From: Ruditapes philippinarum
Taxonomy: Eukaryota
Direction of reading: 5' to 3'
Assembly (NCBI RefSeq): GCF_026571515.1
Contig: NW_026862257.1
Span: 1 to 64,000, forward strand
DNA: 64,000 nucleotides
Shown here in pieces: positions 28,951-41,429 of this stretch. Below the pieces are notes generated by a model. It did no database searches, was not told the DNA's origin, and saw only the letters and a list, made by a program, of their open reading frames with translations. Both the position numbers and the translations under genes were made by a program. How positions within the stretch are numbered: the first letter of the stretch is position 1; each line of letters begins with the position of its first letter.

Positions 28951-31900
28951 TTAAAGAGACATTTACAATGTACTGTACCCACCGCCCCACACACATAAAA
29001 AACAACTGCCATAAACGGCGAGCATTGCGTTAGCGTTAAGGTAATCATGTGAATAAGGAAACTTACTAAATTTGGGGTCCAAAACGTAATCCATATAACA
29101 TTGACGCAAAGCAAGTTAGAGACAATTACATACTAGTACCATACTGCCCAAACCTTAAAGGCCATGCAAATAGTTTCTATAGCTTTAACGTGAACATACA
29201 TAGATCTATCTATAATCAAATGTGTTTTCTATTTATAATTAAATGAGTTATTAATTTATCGGTTCTTTACAATTCAATGTCGTATAATTCAGATACAGTT
29301 ACTCATATTTTCTTCAAATTGTCTTCTTATGTCTTTAAGAAGACACTTTTGAAGGAAAACTCGTACTGTATCCATTACATATCTGTGTCGGCATGCTTGA
29401 ATTTTTCCTTGTAGTTCCAGTTATTGATAGACTTTTATAAAACTTATAGATAGCTTTAAGCACAACGCTCATGAAACATGGGATGGCCGCTGGCGGGGTT
29501 CGAGCTCACGCATTGACAAGCGATGCCAGAATTCCAAGTCCGACGTTTCAGTCTAAAAGTCACGGGTTCGATTCCTTACTCTTCCAATGTATTTACTCAA
29601 ATTCTTTTACTTAAACAATATTTTATTTATAAATATTTCATTTACATGATAACTGACAAATATTAAATTGCACGGATTGAGTAGAAAGCTTGAAAATCTT
29701 GTTTTTTAGAAACTCTCACCGTAAGCACTATCTCAAAGAGTATGTATGAAATGGTGACAATTAAATATCTATATTTGTGGTAAATATACATAACATTTTC
29801 ACTAAAAACTTGCTTCTTTACATGTACAAAAATGTTAGCAATTTGCACTCTGGTTGTGTTAATCGAACCGATCTTAATAATAAAGTATCGACTCGAATTC
29901 TTTCGAATATGACCGCGGTCCCACGTGTTTTAGTTTTATAATATTTTATTGCATATTTTGTACATGATTAATTTACACAATCTAACATCAATATCTTAAG
30001 CATATTAAAATATAATGTACATACAAAAGGGTTGGACCAAAAGTTATACCAACATTATCTAGGGTCCTTCCCTGAAGGTCTATCTTGTTGGCTTAATGGT
30101 AATATGGTAAGTAAATGTGGTTTTTAGAAATTCTGAGATATTTATTTACATGATAAGCGATATTAATTTCATGTATTTTAACTTGGTAAAAAAGAATCGC
30201 TTCACCTAAAAAAACAAAGTAAATTACAAAATGACTTAAAAAAATGTATGCCATTAACAATTTGCCACTATAATAAACGCACGTGTTTACGCCGGGCACA
30301 CAAAAAAAACAGGTTTGCTTCTACTGGTTCAAAAATAATAAATATACATCTACAGGCCTCGCCCAGATGGGCAACAATAAATAAATACAAATAAGATTTT
30401 TTCACCATTAGGTTAATCATCATGATGCGGTGCAAGTCTAGCGCTAATGTATACGGTGCCACAATTTTCGGTGCGGACCCATGATACGGTACCAAGAACT
30501 CGGTCAGTTGTCACACTTTTATGACTTTTTTAAGAAACTAAACAGCTTAAATTTGTGTGCAAGAGTCTGTGTATATATATCTTTGACGCTATCAGTTATA
30601 TTAAATAAATACTTTGAGTGACAACATAATTATCTCTTTTAGAAGTTTTTCAAATGCTCATTTTTCCCAAGCCAGCTCTAGCTGTTTTCATTAAAACATA
30701 GAAATCGTAAAAGTCTTTGATAAAAACTAGCTAAAGACATAAGCTTTAATGATCATAATATTCCGTAGACACACTTTTATGAATACACTTACTTCAAAAA
30801 TGTGACTTTCAGGCCGTTTTCCATCATGCATGTTATGTTTACGTGTTTGTTTTGTCTAAAATGATACGGTGCTGCGCGCAGGATGATAAATTTTCGACGG
30901 TACGCGGAAAAATGATGCGTATACCCTTGACACCGTGCACATGGTACTTCGTTGATTTTAGCACTTTGTAAAGTGCAAACAAAGAAAAGCATAGATGTCG
31001 TAAATAAAGTAAAAACAGTGATCTTAAACAATGCTTCATCAAGTAAAGTTACAATTCATTACAAATATTTATCTAGGGAAATATATACTACATTAATAGA
31101 CAGATCCGTGCTCGGTGTTTTTAGAGACATGGTATGATGCATTTTCTAAACACTATGATTTTATTGTAACGAATAAATGACAACTGAGAGCACACGCCTG
31201 TCGATCTTAAGAATTGTAACATGTTCATGCATATACTCAAATACTTTTCATGATGTTTGTCATAGCCGACTGCGACAATACTGTAGACGCTCAGTTAATT
31301 CCTAGAAAATTGCATGTAGTGTTGAAAAATGCATAACCATATATTGCAAGTATCCATTCTATATTACTAATGTTTACAAGCCAAACAGAAATCTAATGCA
31401 AATATCTAAAAATGTCAAAAGAGGAATCTTATCGTGTTTGTCAATACAAGAAAGATTTTTACACATTTAAGACCACATTTAATATCGTAAGTAAACTTTC
31501 CTAAACTTTTTCGTGTTCGCAACAAATACTTAAAGTGACACTCTGCCCATCCATGGGTAGATATAGAGTGAACAGGTGAAGGTCAAAATAATTTAACATT
31601 TTCTCATAGTTCCTTTCAATTTCATAATTAACTTTACATGGACGATAAATAATTCACTAGGCCCTGTGAAATGTGTGTATCCGTCAGAAAGTATCTGTAA
31701 CTTTCAATTTATGAAATTAGTGGGGCAGTCGTTTTATACTTTTCAGAAGATTTATCTTTTACCCTAAATATTTTCAAATATTTTATGTTGGTCAATCACC
31801 ATTTTAACGACCAGTTTTTTTTTAAATATACATTCAATTTAAGTCAATTTGAAAATGAAAAAAAGCATAATGTCACTTTAAACAAAGATATTCTTACCAC

Positions 31901-34900
31901 AACACTTACTCAAACCTCCTTGTTATGACGTTTGCATTGCATGGTTATTCATTTATATTTTTACCTTTTCGTTTATATGACAGTTAATTTCTTTTTAATA
32001 CAACAACGATAATGTCAACATTTAATTTGACTTATCACTATTTAAATACATGAATTTTATAACAAAGTTGAAGAAATAAAAATTTAGTTATATTTTTGGT
32101 TTGCATTATCTTACAAAAACAATAAACACTAATTGATTCCGGGACCTAAAATAAACACGAGTCTTCTATACGACAATACAAACCAAAGAAACAATAGAAA
32201 TAATTGGAATCCCTCAAGGAAGTCCAAAACGGCAAAATTGACAATGTTGCAGGCTCGGTTCGATTGAGCCTGTTCATGGACGGTACTGTCAAGTACAATC
32301 TACCATCGCCGTCCACTATCACCAGCTTAAGCACTATTCAACAGTTAACATGAAATGGTAAAATTTAAAGAAATTACCAATAATACAAGTAAGAGACATT
32401 TCATATCATAGGTCATTGTATAACTTAAATCTGATTATTTCTATTTGATATTGATCACTTGCTTTGCTCATGGTAATCTGGGTGGGGAAAACGTTCCTAA
32501 TTATTTTGTTGATCTGAACGTGATATCAAAGTAATAGGACACAACGATGTCACGCTATTTTTGTTTTACAGGGAAAATAAAAAGGTTTCTTTTGTAAGTA
32601 AGCAATTACTCTCCAAAACACATTATGTTGTGCTTTTTTTTCTTTTATATTTTATGAAATAGCAATACAAGTTTTATTATTAACATCGAACCCTTGAGCA
32701 CCTATAGAAATGTTTAGCAGATAAAGTATTTGGCAAAAAAATGATATATAAAGTGTATCAAAACTACAATTCATATTTTAAAGAAAACTGATAAACAATT
32801 ATTGTAAACGGAAATATTTTACTTTATCTTGAAAACAGAACGCTAGAACATGACGTTTTAGAAACGGTTTTATTAACAAGTCGTAAGCAAAAACAATTGA
32901 CATGTTTCTGCGTGATGCAATCACAGCTAAAGCAAAAACCAGCTTGACATTAAAGCAAAGTTTACTGATATAAATGTAATGCAAAATATATCCCAACGTA
33001 CAATAAAATAACAAAAGGAAGCGTCATTCCAGACATCTATTTCCCTGGCCAATAGCAAGCAATACATATAATAAAGAAATGCATGAATAAAACATCCAAC
33101 GGTATGAACAAAACCATTTCATTAACAAACAAAATATAACGTCTATATTACAGGATTGTAAATGTAATTAATTTGTCTCTGTTTTAATTTAAAACTGAAA
33201 ATCCCGTTCGTGCCTGAAATAATGCACGAAGGGGCACCTGAGGTCTTCCTCTACCAGTAAAGCCGGAACGTCGCCATATGACATATACTGTGTCGGTGTG
33301 ACGTAAAACCCAATCAAACAAACAAAAACTGTATTTGTGACACATTACATTTTCATTTACAAATGTATTTAATGACTTTGGCAGGATTATAACTAAAACT
33401 TTGAATAACATCTGCACACGCATGTTTTTACAAACGGAGAAGAATAATGCATCATACAAACACTCTCCATTGTTGCACCTTATGTTTAATACGCGTAAAT
33501 CAGGACGCCGTGTAAAAATAGCTGACTGCAACGACGGTCCCAGTAGCTTCGTGAAAAACTTATTTCATCATAACTTCAAATGACATCGTACTGGTACGTA
33601 AAAAGCACGACAAAAACATAATTTATTGAAGACAAATCACTAAAAGCAGAATGCAAGACTAGGTCTGGTCCATAATTTTTCTTGCATAAACACTTGTAGA
33701 TCTCAGAACATGACAGATTTAGAAGCCTGCTATAAAGGCTTTAAATGCACCCAATGCACGAAAAAGGTGCATTACCAGTTTATAATTACTTAGCTTGTAC
33801 AGCTACAAAACGTTTGTCTCTACTTCTCATTTACGCACTTTATTACCTTGCTACAAGCCCTAGGCTTACAATATGCAAGTTTATCATTTGATTAAATGCA
33901 GTTTTAATATCTGATTAAATGTAATAGACATCTAGACATCTGGAATCACTGATTTCTCCTTTATGTCTCTTTTCTCCAAACAAAATATTTATGAACGACT
34001 GCTTTGGGACGCATACTATAATGTTTTTCCCTAGTCCTATTAATGACTTAACTGTTTTTGGATTTTTATTGATGGCCTTCTCCACTCAACTTTTTGTCTG
34101 TATTTGAGAGAACACAACATCCATCTGTCTATTTAAGGATAAAGTAAAAATATTATTCAAGCTAGTCGTATTTAAGAGCATAAAGGATAGACATTTAAAA
34201 GATTTATCTAATAAAGCTATATTTTCCATTATTCAAAACCACTTTTCTTAAAAATGGGAATCAAAAGATACTGCAATGGCTACAACCGAATTGTTACATA
34301 CATATATGAAAATATATGTAAAGTAAAAAAAAAATAACAGAAAATCAACAATATATGGTTGGATTTAGTGTTTTTTTAAAAAGCATGTAAATTATAATTA
34401 CAAAATTATTGCTGGACAAAGCAACACTTTTTCGTGAGATGAGAATTAACAATAATCAGTTTTGAGCTTTAAAAGAAAAATGATGTTATTCTTATAAAAA
34501 TCTGGAAACAAAGTGATCCCTCGGAAGCATTAATCAAAACAAAATAACATGAAAATTGCAGACTCGGTTTGATTTAGTCTGTATATAAGGGATAATGACA
34601 AGTTCAACATCTCCTGCCCGCTTAGCACCGGTTTGAGTGGTACTCAATATTCAACAGTGCTGACATTAAACCTTAATAAAACGTCGACTTTGAGTATACA
34701 TGAAAACCTGCATTGCACAAATTCTATACCCTTCTTTATATATCAAATTGGCACACATGTATAAGATTTGAAATATGAGTGTATCATGTAATATCCTGGT
34801 ATACCATTACATTTTTTAAACATAGACATACATAAACCAGCTTTAAATCAAATGTGAATATAAATTATTCAAAAGGGATGTGATATAGACAATCAGAATA

Positions 34901-37900
34901 TCTTAACTACAAATACCAGAACTGCTACAAGATCGAAATGGAATATCTCTGCTTATTAAATATTTTGTTTTATAATGACATACTACAAAGAATAACCTTT
35001 TGAGCAAGATTTCGTTTTAGTACATAACGTGTTAACTCCTATTTAATTCTAATACGAGTTAATCAGTTATTGCACTAACGTGACATTATCTTTTTTGGAT
35101 TACTTTTAATGTTTTATTTTCTGCAAAAACAGTAGTGAAATAAACAAAAAAAACTTTACTAATCAATGACGAAAAGATACACTGTACGAGTGTTCAGACC
35201 ATTATTCAAATATTTAAATACAAATGTGGGTTTTACAGTAACTGTTGAACAAGTGTTTGTTGGATTTGATATAAATCAAATTTCTCTATTTTTTCACAAT
35301 ACAGTTGTCATTATTCGTATATACACAATCAATTGGACGAATGTGAGTTTAATTACAACTTAATCCATTCGGTCGACTTAAATTGATTACATGCTTTTTT
35401 AACAATGCGGGTAATTTAAGTCTTAGTTCTTTTCATTAATGAGAATTTCGAGTAAAATAAAATAAGTAGGACATTGATTAGATTTGCATTAACATAACTA
35501 TTACTACGTTACATACGTTATATTTTAAGAAAAATAGATAGCTGTGATTAAAAATGTTAACTATACTTTTTTTGCAAAAAATAGGGATAGAATAGATATA
35601 ATATGTTTTGATATGAATATGGGAAACTAAAAATCTATATACAACAAACAAGATAAAGCATTCAAGAGATATTTCACTTGCTTTTTCTTTATATAGACTG
35701 TACGTATTCGTTGTGTTATTAAGTCGAATTTGATTTTAAAGGGAGACACAGGCAAACTTTTCATTTCTTCGTTTTGTAATTTTCATTCATTATTCTGTAA
35801 ATGTCCTAAAACAAATACACGCGGCAGTCACAGGAACAAAACTTTTCTCTTTATAAAGAATGAAATGGTAGTTTCCTAACTTGACCCAAATCGGCCAGGT
35901 TTCTCAATTGTTGGTTGTCAAAGTGAACTCTGGAAACATTAAAGAGCATGTCAAATGAATGACTTACTCTTACTTCATTGATACAATATCAAAAGTATCT
36001 GTTATTATAACTTCTAGAGTTTGTTTAAATAGGCGTCTAAATGTCGTTCTACATATATATGTATATTTACACTTAAACCCAAAATAAATAAAATGTATAC
36101 AGAAATTCATGCTGGGACTGAAGAAATGCCATTTTAGCGTGATTTGAGTACATAAGATCATTTTAATATTTTTGTCATTAATTTACCTGTGAATCCCTTT
36201 AAAGCGATACATTTAAGTTTGCATATAAATTGAAAGATGCTGTAAAACATCGTCTTAAAACATAATTGGTTAATTGTATATAAGTGTTAGAGCAATTGAA
36301 TGTAATTTTCAGATAATCTAAAAAATGTCAAAAGTAACATTCTTGAAGCTCCTCGAAAATTGTAGCATGTAACTTAATAATGATTACTTTTGGTGAAACA
36401 GTGTTGTTACAGGATCAGTTACTTCGAAGAGTATACGGGAACATAATCATTACTACTTTGAAAATGTTTATGCTACAAATAAACGGTTAATAACTAATAT
36501 ATAATGCCATTCTATTCCTCCATTTTCGGTTTTCTCAGTAAATAAGGTAAGTTGGTTACATTCATGCGTTTTATTTGTAAATTGAATACCCGTTTTATGT
36601 AATGTAACCTCTTCATTAATATGAGACATTCATGTTGTAAGAAGGTTCATGTTTAGAATTTATTTGGTATTGTAATGTCGCATTGGTGTAAAGAGTATAA
36701 ATTTTATCTTCAAAGTTCAAATGATGTAACAGAGTCAATCGATGTGACGATGTTTACAACAATCATTGTCCAGACATACGAGTATGTTTTTTTTTTCTTA
36801 AGACTGTTTCGAAATGAAAGTAAACACTTAAACAGAACGACTTTCATATGCAAAATACGTTTAGCAATATCTATATATTGTCTCAAGAGAAAAACAGATA
36901 TTATTTCCGAATTATTGAATCAGTGTTCGCCCAAATCAATATTTAATTTATTATTTCTTAATCTGTGTTTTAAGGTGATCATTCATTAGTAGGGAAGAAG
37001 TCAGTAAGGGATTATTTTACATTAATAAAAAATGACATTTGATAAAAAATAACAACCCGTGCAATAGAGCTCTTAAGTTGTGTCTGTAAAAGGCAAATAA
37101 ATATACCACAACTAGATAAAAATACAACCCTTGTGTTTCCACTTGTTTGTTCCACGTTTCTATCCTGAAATAAATAAATTTGCATGTTTACATGTAATTG
37201 TTTGTTAACATTCACATATAAAAACATATTTTCACATTAACCAAATACATGATTGTATTATCTTATTTCTTCAATATATTTGGTCGGAGTAATTTCTTTA
37301 CCAAAGCGTAGCATTTCGTTTTATGCAAAAATGACGTGCATTGCTACAAATGTATTAGATGACGTAAATATTCAGTGCATTTTATTATTTACGACAAATT
37401 ACTTCAACTCGTAAATAAAATAATACTTGTAATAATGTTCTCCAAGTCAAAAGGACATCACTAAGATTCAATCGCCTTATACAAAAGAAAATTCATTACA
37501 GAGATCAACTTGGACACTTAAAACGAGAAGCGATTTTGATCATGACTATCTAATTATCATTTAACTTCATAATTTATTGTCCGTAACTGACCTTAATTTT
37601 GACAATAATTTGAGTTATTGAAATTCATTAAAATATTAAAAATTAAATTGCATGGTATCGGAAATTTCAAATATTTAAACTTAATAACAAAAAAATACAG
37701 TTATATCGCTAAAGATTCAACTCTTTCTTCAACCCTAAATCAAGTATTAGTTGGGTCACCTTTCATGCTTAACAGTTAGTTTGGAAAACATCCCGACCGA
37801 TGCTATAAAGTTGTGAACCATTACTAATAAAATTGAATGCTTCCCTTTTTACTGATCTATAAAGTGTGCCTGTAAAAGAGGAAGATTTTCACAATTGTCG

Positions 37901-39099
37901 CCAAACTTACACGATATACCTTAATGATCATCATGGATTTCAATAAATGTCATCAATGAAGTCGAGAAAGAAAGCCATCTGTAGTAATTGCAACCTACTT
38001 AACTAAGATAAAACTGTATTGTCGTGATACTGACGTTTATCAGAGATAATGATAAGCACTGTTACATTCAAATAGAGAAGAAACAGAATCCCTGAAGAAA
38101 GTTCAACACGGCAAAACTGAAAATGTTGCAGGCTCGGTTAGATTGAGCCTTTCTGTGGACGGCAGTGTGTATTGCAATCCACCGTCCACAAGCAAGCCTT
38201 TCAATTACATAAATTACTTTTTGATTCATCTCGTACAGATTCCACAAACCCAAATATCTAATATTTAAACATCAAACAAAATAACATGTAAATCCATGTA
38301 GTATTTTATGTAAGAAATGTTTTTTGGTTTTTTTTTTTTTTTGGTTTTTATTTATTTCAGCTTCAATCATTTCACCGCCCTAGTGTCCTCTCCCGCATTG
38401 GTACAGTGTCTGTAAAAGTTGCCTTGCCTTGTTGTTCCTTATTCTCATTTAGTATCAGTTACGTACACGTATTCTGGAACTTACCAGTACTTGTGTAAAA
38501 TGACCGAAATGAAGCAAATTGCAAGTCATACATACTAACATACGAGGTCGAATAAAACGTCTATTACTTAAATGTCTTTAAATACAGTACTTTTTGAAGA
38601 ACCGCTTCACAATACTTAATTTTGGTAAAACGTTTTACAAATGTTCAAGTGTTTGAAGATAAATTGACCGATGTTGCTATTTGTGAAGCTAATGAATAAA
38701 ACATGCATATTTTGTTTTTAGATTTACCTCGTTGTAACAAGTCTTAAATTTGTTTTCTGTTTATTCATGTTAACGGTTTGCTAAAATAATTTTCTGATAA
38801 ATGCCTTTGAACATTTTAGATGTAATTAACAACATGTAAAGATCACATAATTTTTCAAAAGCAATATTCAAACCGCTACGCTCCGTTCCAATATTCCGAT
38901 ATATATTTTTCATGTCTGTCTGAATAACTTAATTCTCTCCGATTCTTGAGTTTTAATCCATTTTAATACGAACGAATCAATTTTACTCATTCAGAAAGAA
39001 TCATCTTAAACAAGATTAGGAATAGCATGAGGCGGCCAATATTGTCAATAAAGTCCTGCCTAGTCTTTGAAATCTATAAGGTAAAGAAGAAATTATTAC

Positions 39100-39245
39100 A
39101 AAAAGTACAAAAGAACAAGACAATAAAAACAAGAAAAAAAACACAAAAACAAAACAATCACTCACACAAAACAAAAAAGCCCAAAAACAAAATACAAAAA
39201 AAGCAACAATAAAATAAAAAACGAACAAAATCACACACAAAAAAG
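39100..39245 (+). repeat. A-rich low-complexity tract
   Basis: (A)nC degenerate runs. Confidence 0.8.
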
Positions 39246-41429
39246 TATTCATCCATTGCTTTAGAACAATATTAAAACCTTTCCTACTTTTCAGTTCCTT
39301 TTAGTTTTGAGTATAACAAATTAAAATTTAAATAAGTGGATACAGCGGAATACTTTAGGCATATCCATTGAAGGACATGTAAAATTAAACATTCCACTGT
39401 ATCATATTTGAAAACTACATTTGGAGATGTTTCTAAATTCAAATGTTCACCATTTTCATGTTTAAATATTGAATTCTGCTAAAAGTCGATACTAAGGTGA
39501 TCGAACGGTTACTTGCACTTTCCAGTTCTGTCCATGAACACGTTCAATCAAACCGAGCCTGCAACATTTTAAATTTTGCCGATTTCTGCGTTCTTTAGGT
39601 ATTCTATTGTTGTTTTTTTCTATTCTATTTCACATTTCTTTTTACTTATATTTTTACTAACCTATTAAAATACACACACAAAAATGAATGAATTTTATAC
39701 GACCGATATTTGTTGACAGTAGTGGGCACATTTTAAAGTTTTCATTTATATCTGTTATTTTCCTTTTTAACGGAAATATGCCACCACACTTTCGCTTCAT
39801 TAATCTCATTTTATCACAATCGATTAACTGATCATTATTATCGTTAAACAATAAAACGCTCGTAAGCCATGTGGTCTCTGCAAATTTACATAGCAGCTCG
39901 TAAGTGTCATTCATCTTCTATTAAGTAGTGATTCAATTTGTCCAGGCACTCTGTACAATAGTGGTTCTGGCTAACAGTTAAGTGTTTGTCAGTTGTTTCT
40001 AATCAATAAGAGCAATCAATTTTCTCACGAAATTACTAATCAGTTTGCATAAACAAACTTGCAGTATTCTGTTATTTGCACAGAAACATAAATGATTTTA
40101 CCATATTTTTGTCATAATTATAAATGTGTTTTAATGATTAATGTCTTATTGTGTTAAGATTGAAGGATCATTGTTTCATTAACTTGAAGAGCCAAATGTT
40201 AAACAGAATGCTTGCAGAGAAATACGCTTGCCATCTAATACATGTTTTATTAATTGCCTGATTACAATATAATAAAGATGAGCAGTTTCGTAAAAAAGAT
40301 GTAACCATATATTAGTCTTCAGTTTATAATATGCATGTAAATAAAAACATTGCAAGCAAAAAAAATAAATGAATGATGAAATAAATAATAACACGGATAT
40401 CAATGTTGCCCTATGATAGCCAATTGCACGTTGCATCTACTGTGAAGCACGAGACACAAAAATCATTAACAGGGCAAAACGCGCTTTGAATTCTGCTTAA
40501 GTCTGTGCTAGGGGGCGTGGACAGTAACTTGCACTTTCCATTACCGTCCATGAACAGGCTCAATCAAACCGAGCCTGCAACATTTACAATTTTGTTGTGT
40601 TGGACTTTCTTTAGGGATTCTGTTTTTCTCTTATTCAAGGGCAATAACTCAGCTAATAGTCATTCAAAAAGAAAACCTGTGTAATAAGCGCATATACTTG
40701 AGCTACCGATCAAAATCCTTTAAAGTTTCATTGACCTAGCATTAGTGGTATAAATAGAAGCAAACAATCCGTGCAATATATGCAAGTACTTGATCTAACG
40801 ATCAGTCATGTAAGTTTCATTAAAAATTGTATCATTGGTATAAGAGGAGTAGTCAGGACTAGTTTGAAATAAAAATTATTAAAGTGCCATAACCCTTGTA
40901 AAAATCGTTGGACCGGTAATTGCTGACGATATGCACAGGTGCTGATTATTCCTATAAAATTGGATGAAATTGCACTACTCTGTAGACGCGACACAATAAT
41001 ACAGTGTGTGACATAAAATGTTGACAAAGATCACATAAAATGTGGACATATTTCAAGAATTGAGATTATTGAAAGATCAGTTACATGACAATTATAAAAA
41101 TTTTATTTTCGCTTAATGTAAGTAAAATAACAAGAACAAGTGATTCTTATATGAAGGCTCAACATATAAGGAGAGATTCAAATGCTTGAGATGACAACGG
41201 TAAAACATAAAGTAAGGAAATATTTAAAAGAACAGGAAGATATTAACAAGAAATTATAATAAAATAATAAAAGATCTCAAACAAAGTTATGCTATCTAAA
41301 TTTCGATAAAAAAAACAACAACAAGAAACAACAAACCCTAAATTACATTTTTATGCATTTTACTATAACGTGTATAACGTGCTTAAAGACAAAACATCTG
41401 GTACTATATCATTTTGTTAGGACATTGTT

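Larger units (their letters stand above)
26638..30937. mobile_element. Non-autonomous cut-and-paste DNA transposon, Transib/RAG-like termini (4300 bp)
   Basis: 78-bp TIRs (26638-26715 and 30860-30937; first 40 bp perfect, 4 mismatches in total) starting CACGGTG. The 5-bp TSD CACAT (26633-26637, 30938-30942) matches an empty site with a single CACAT at 18556-18560. No transposase ORF. Confidence 0.92.
23880..36230 (+). repeat. Segmental tandem duplication, copy 2 (interrupted by a 4.3-kb transposon)
   Basis: Same as copy 1; homology ends at ...GTTTGCATATAAAT (23809 / 36230). Confidence 0.92.
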
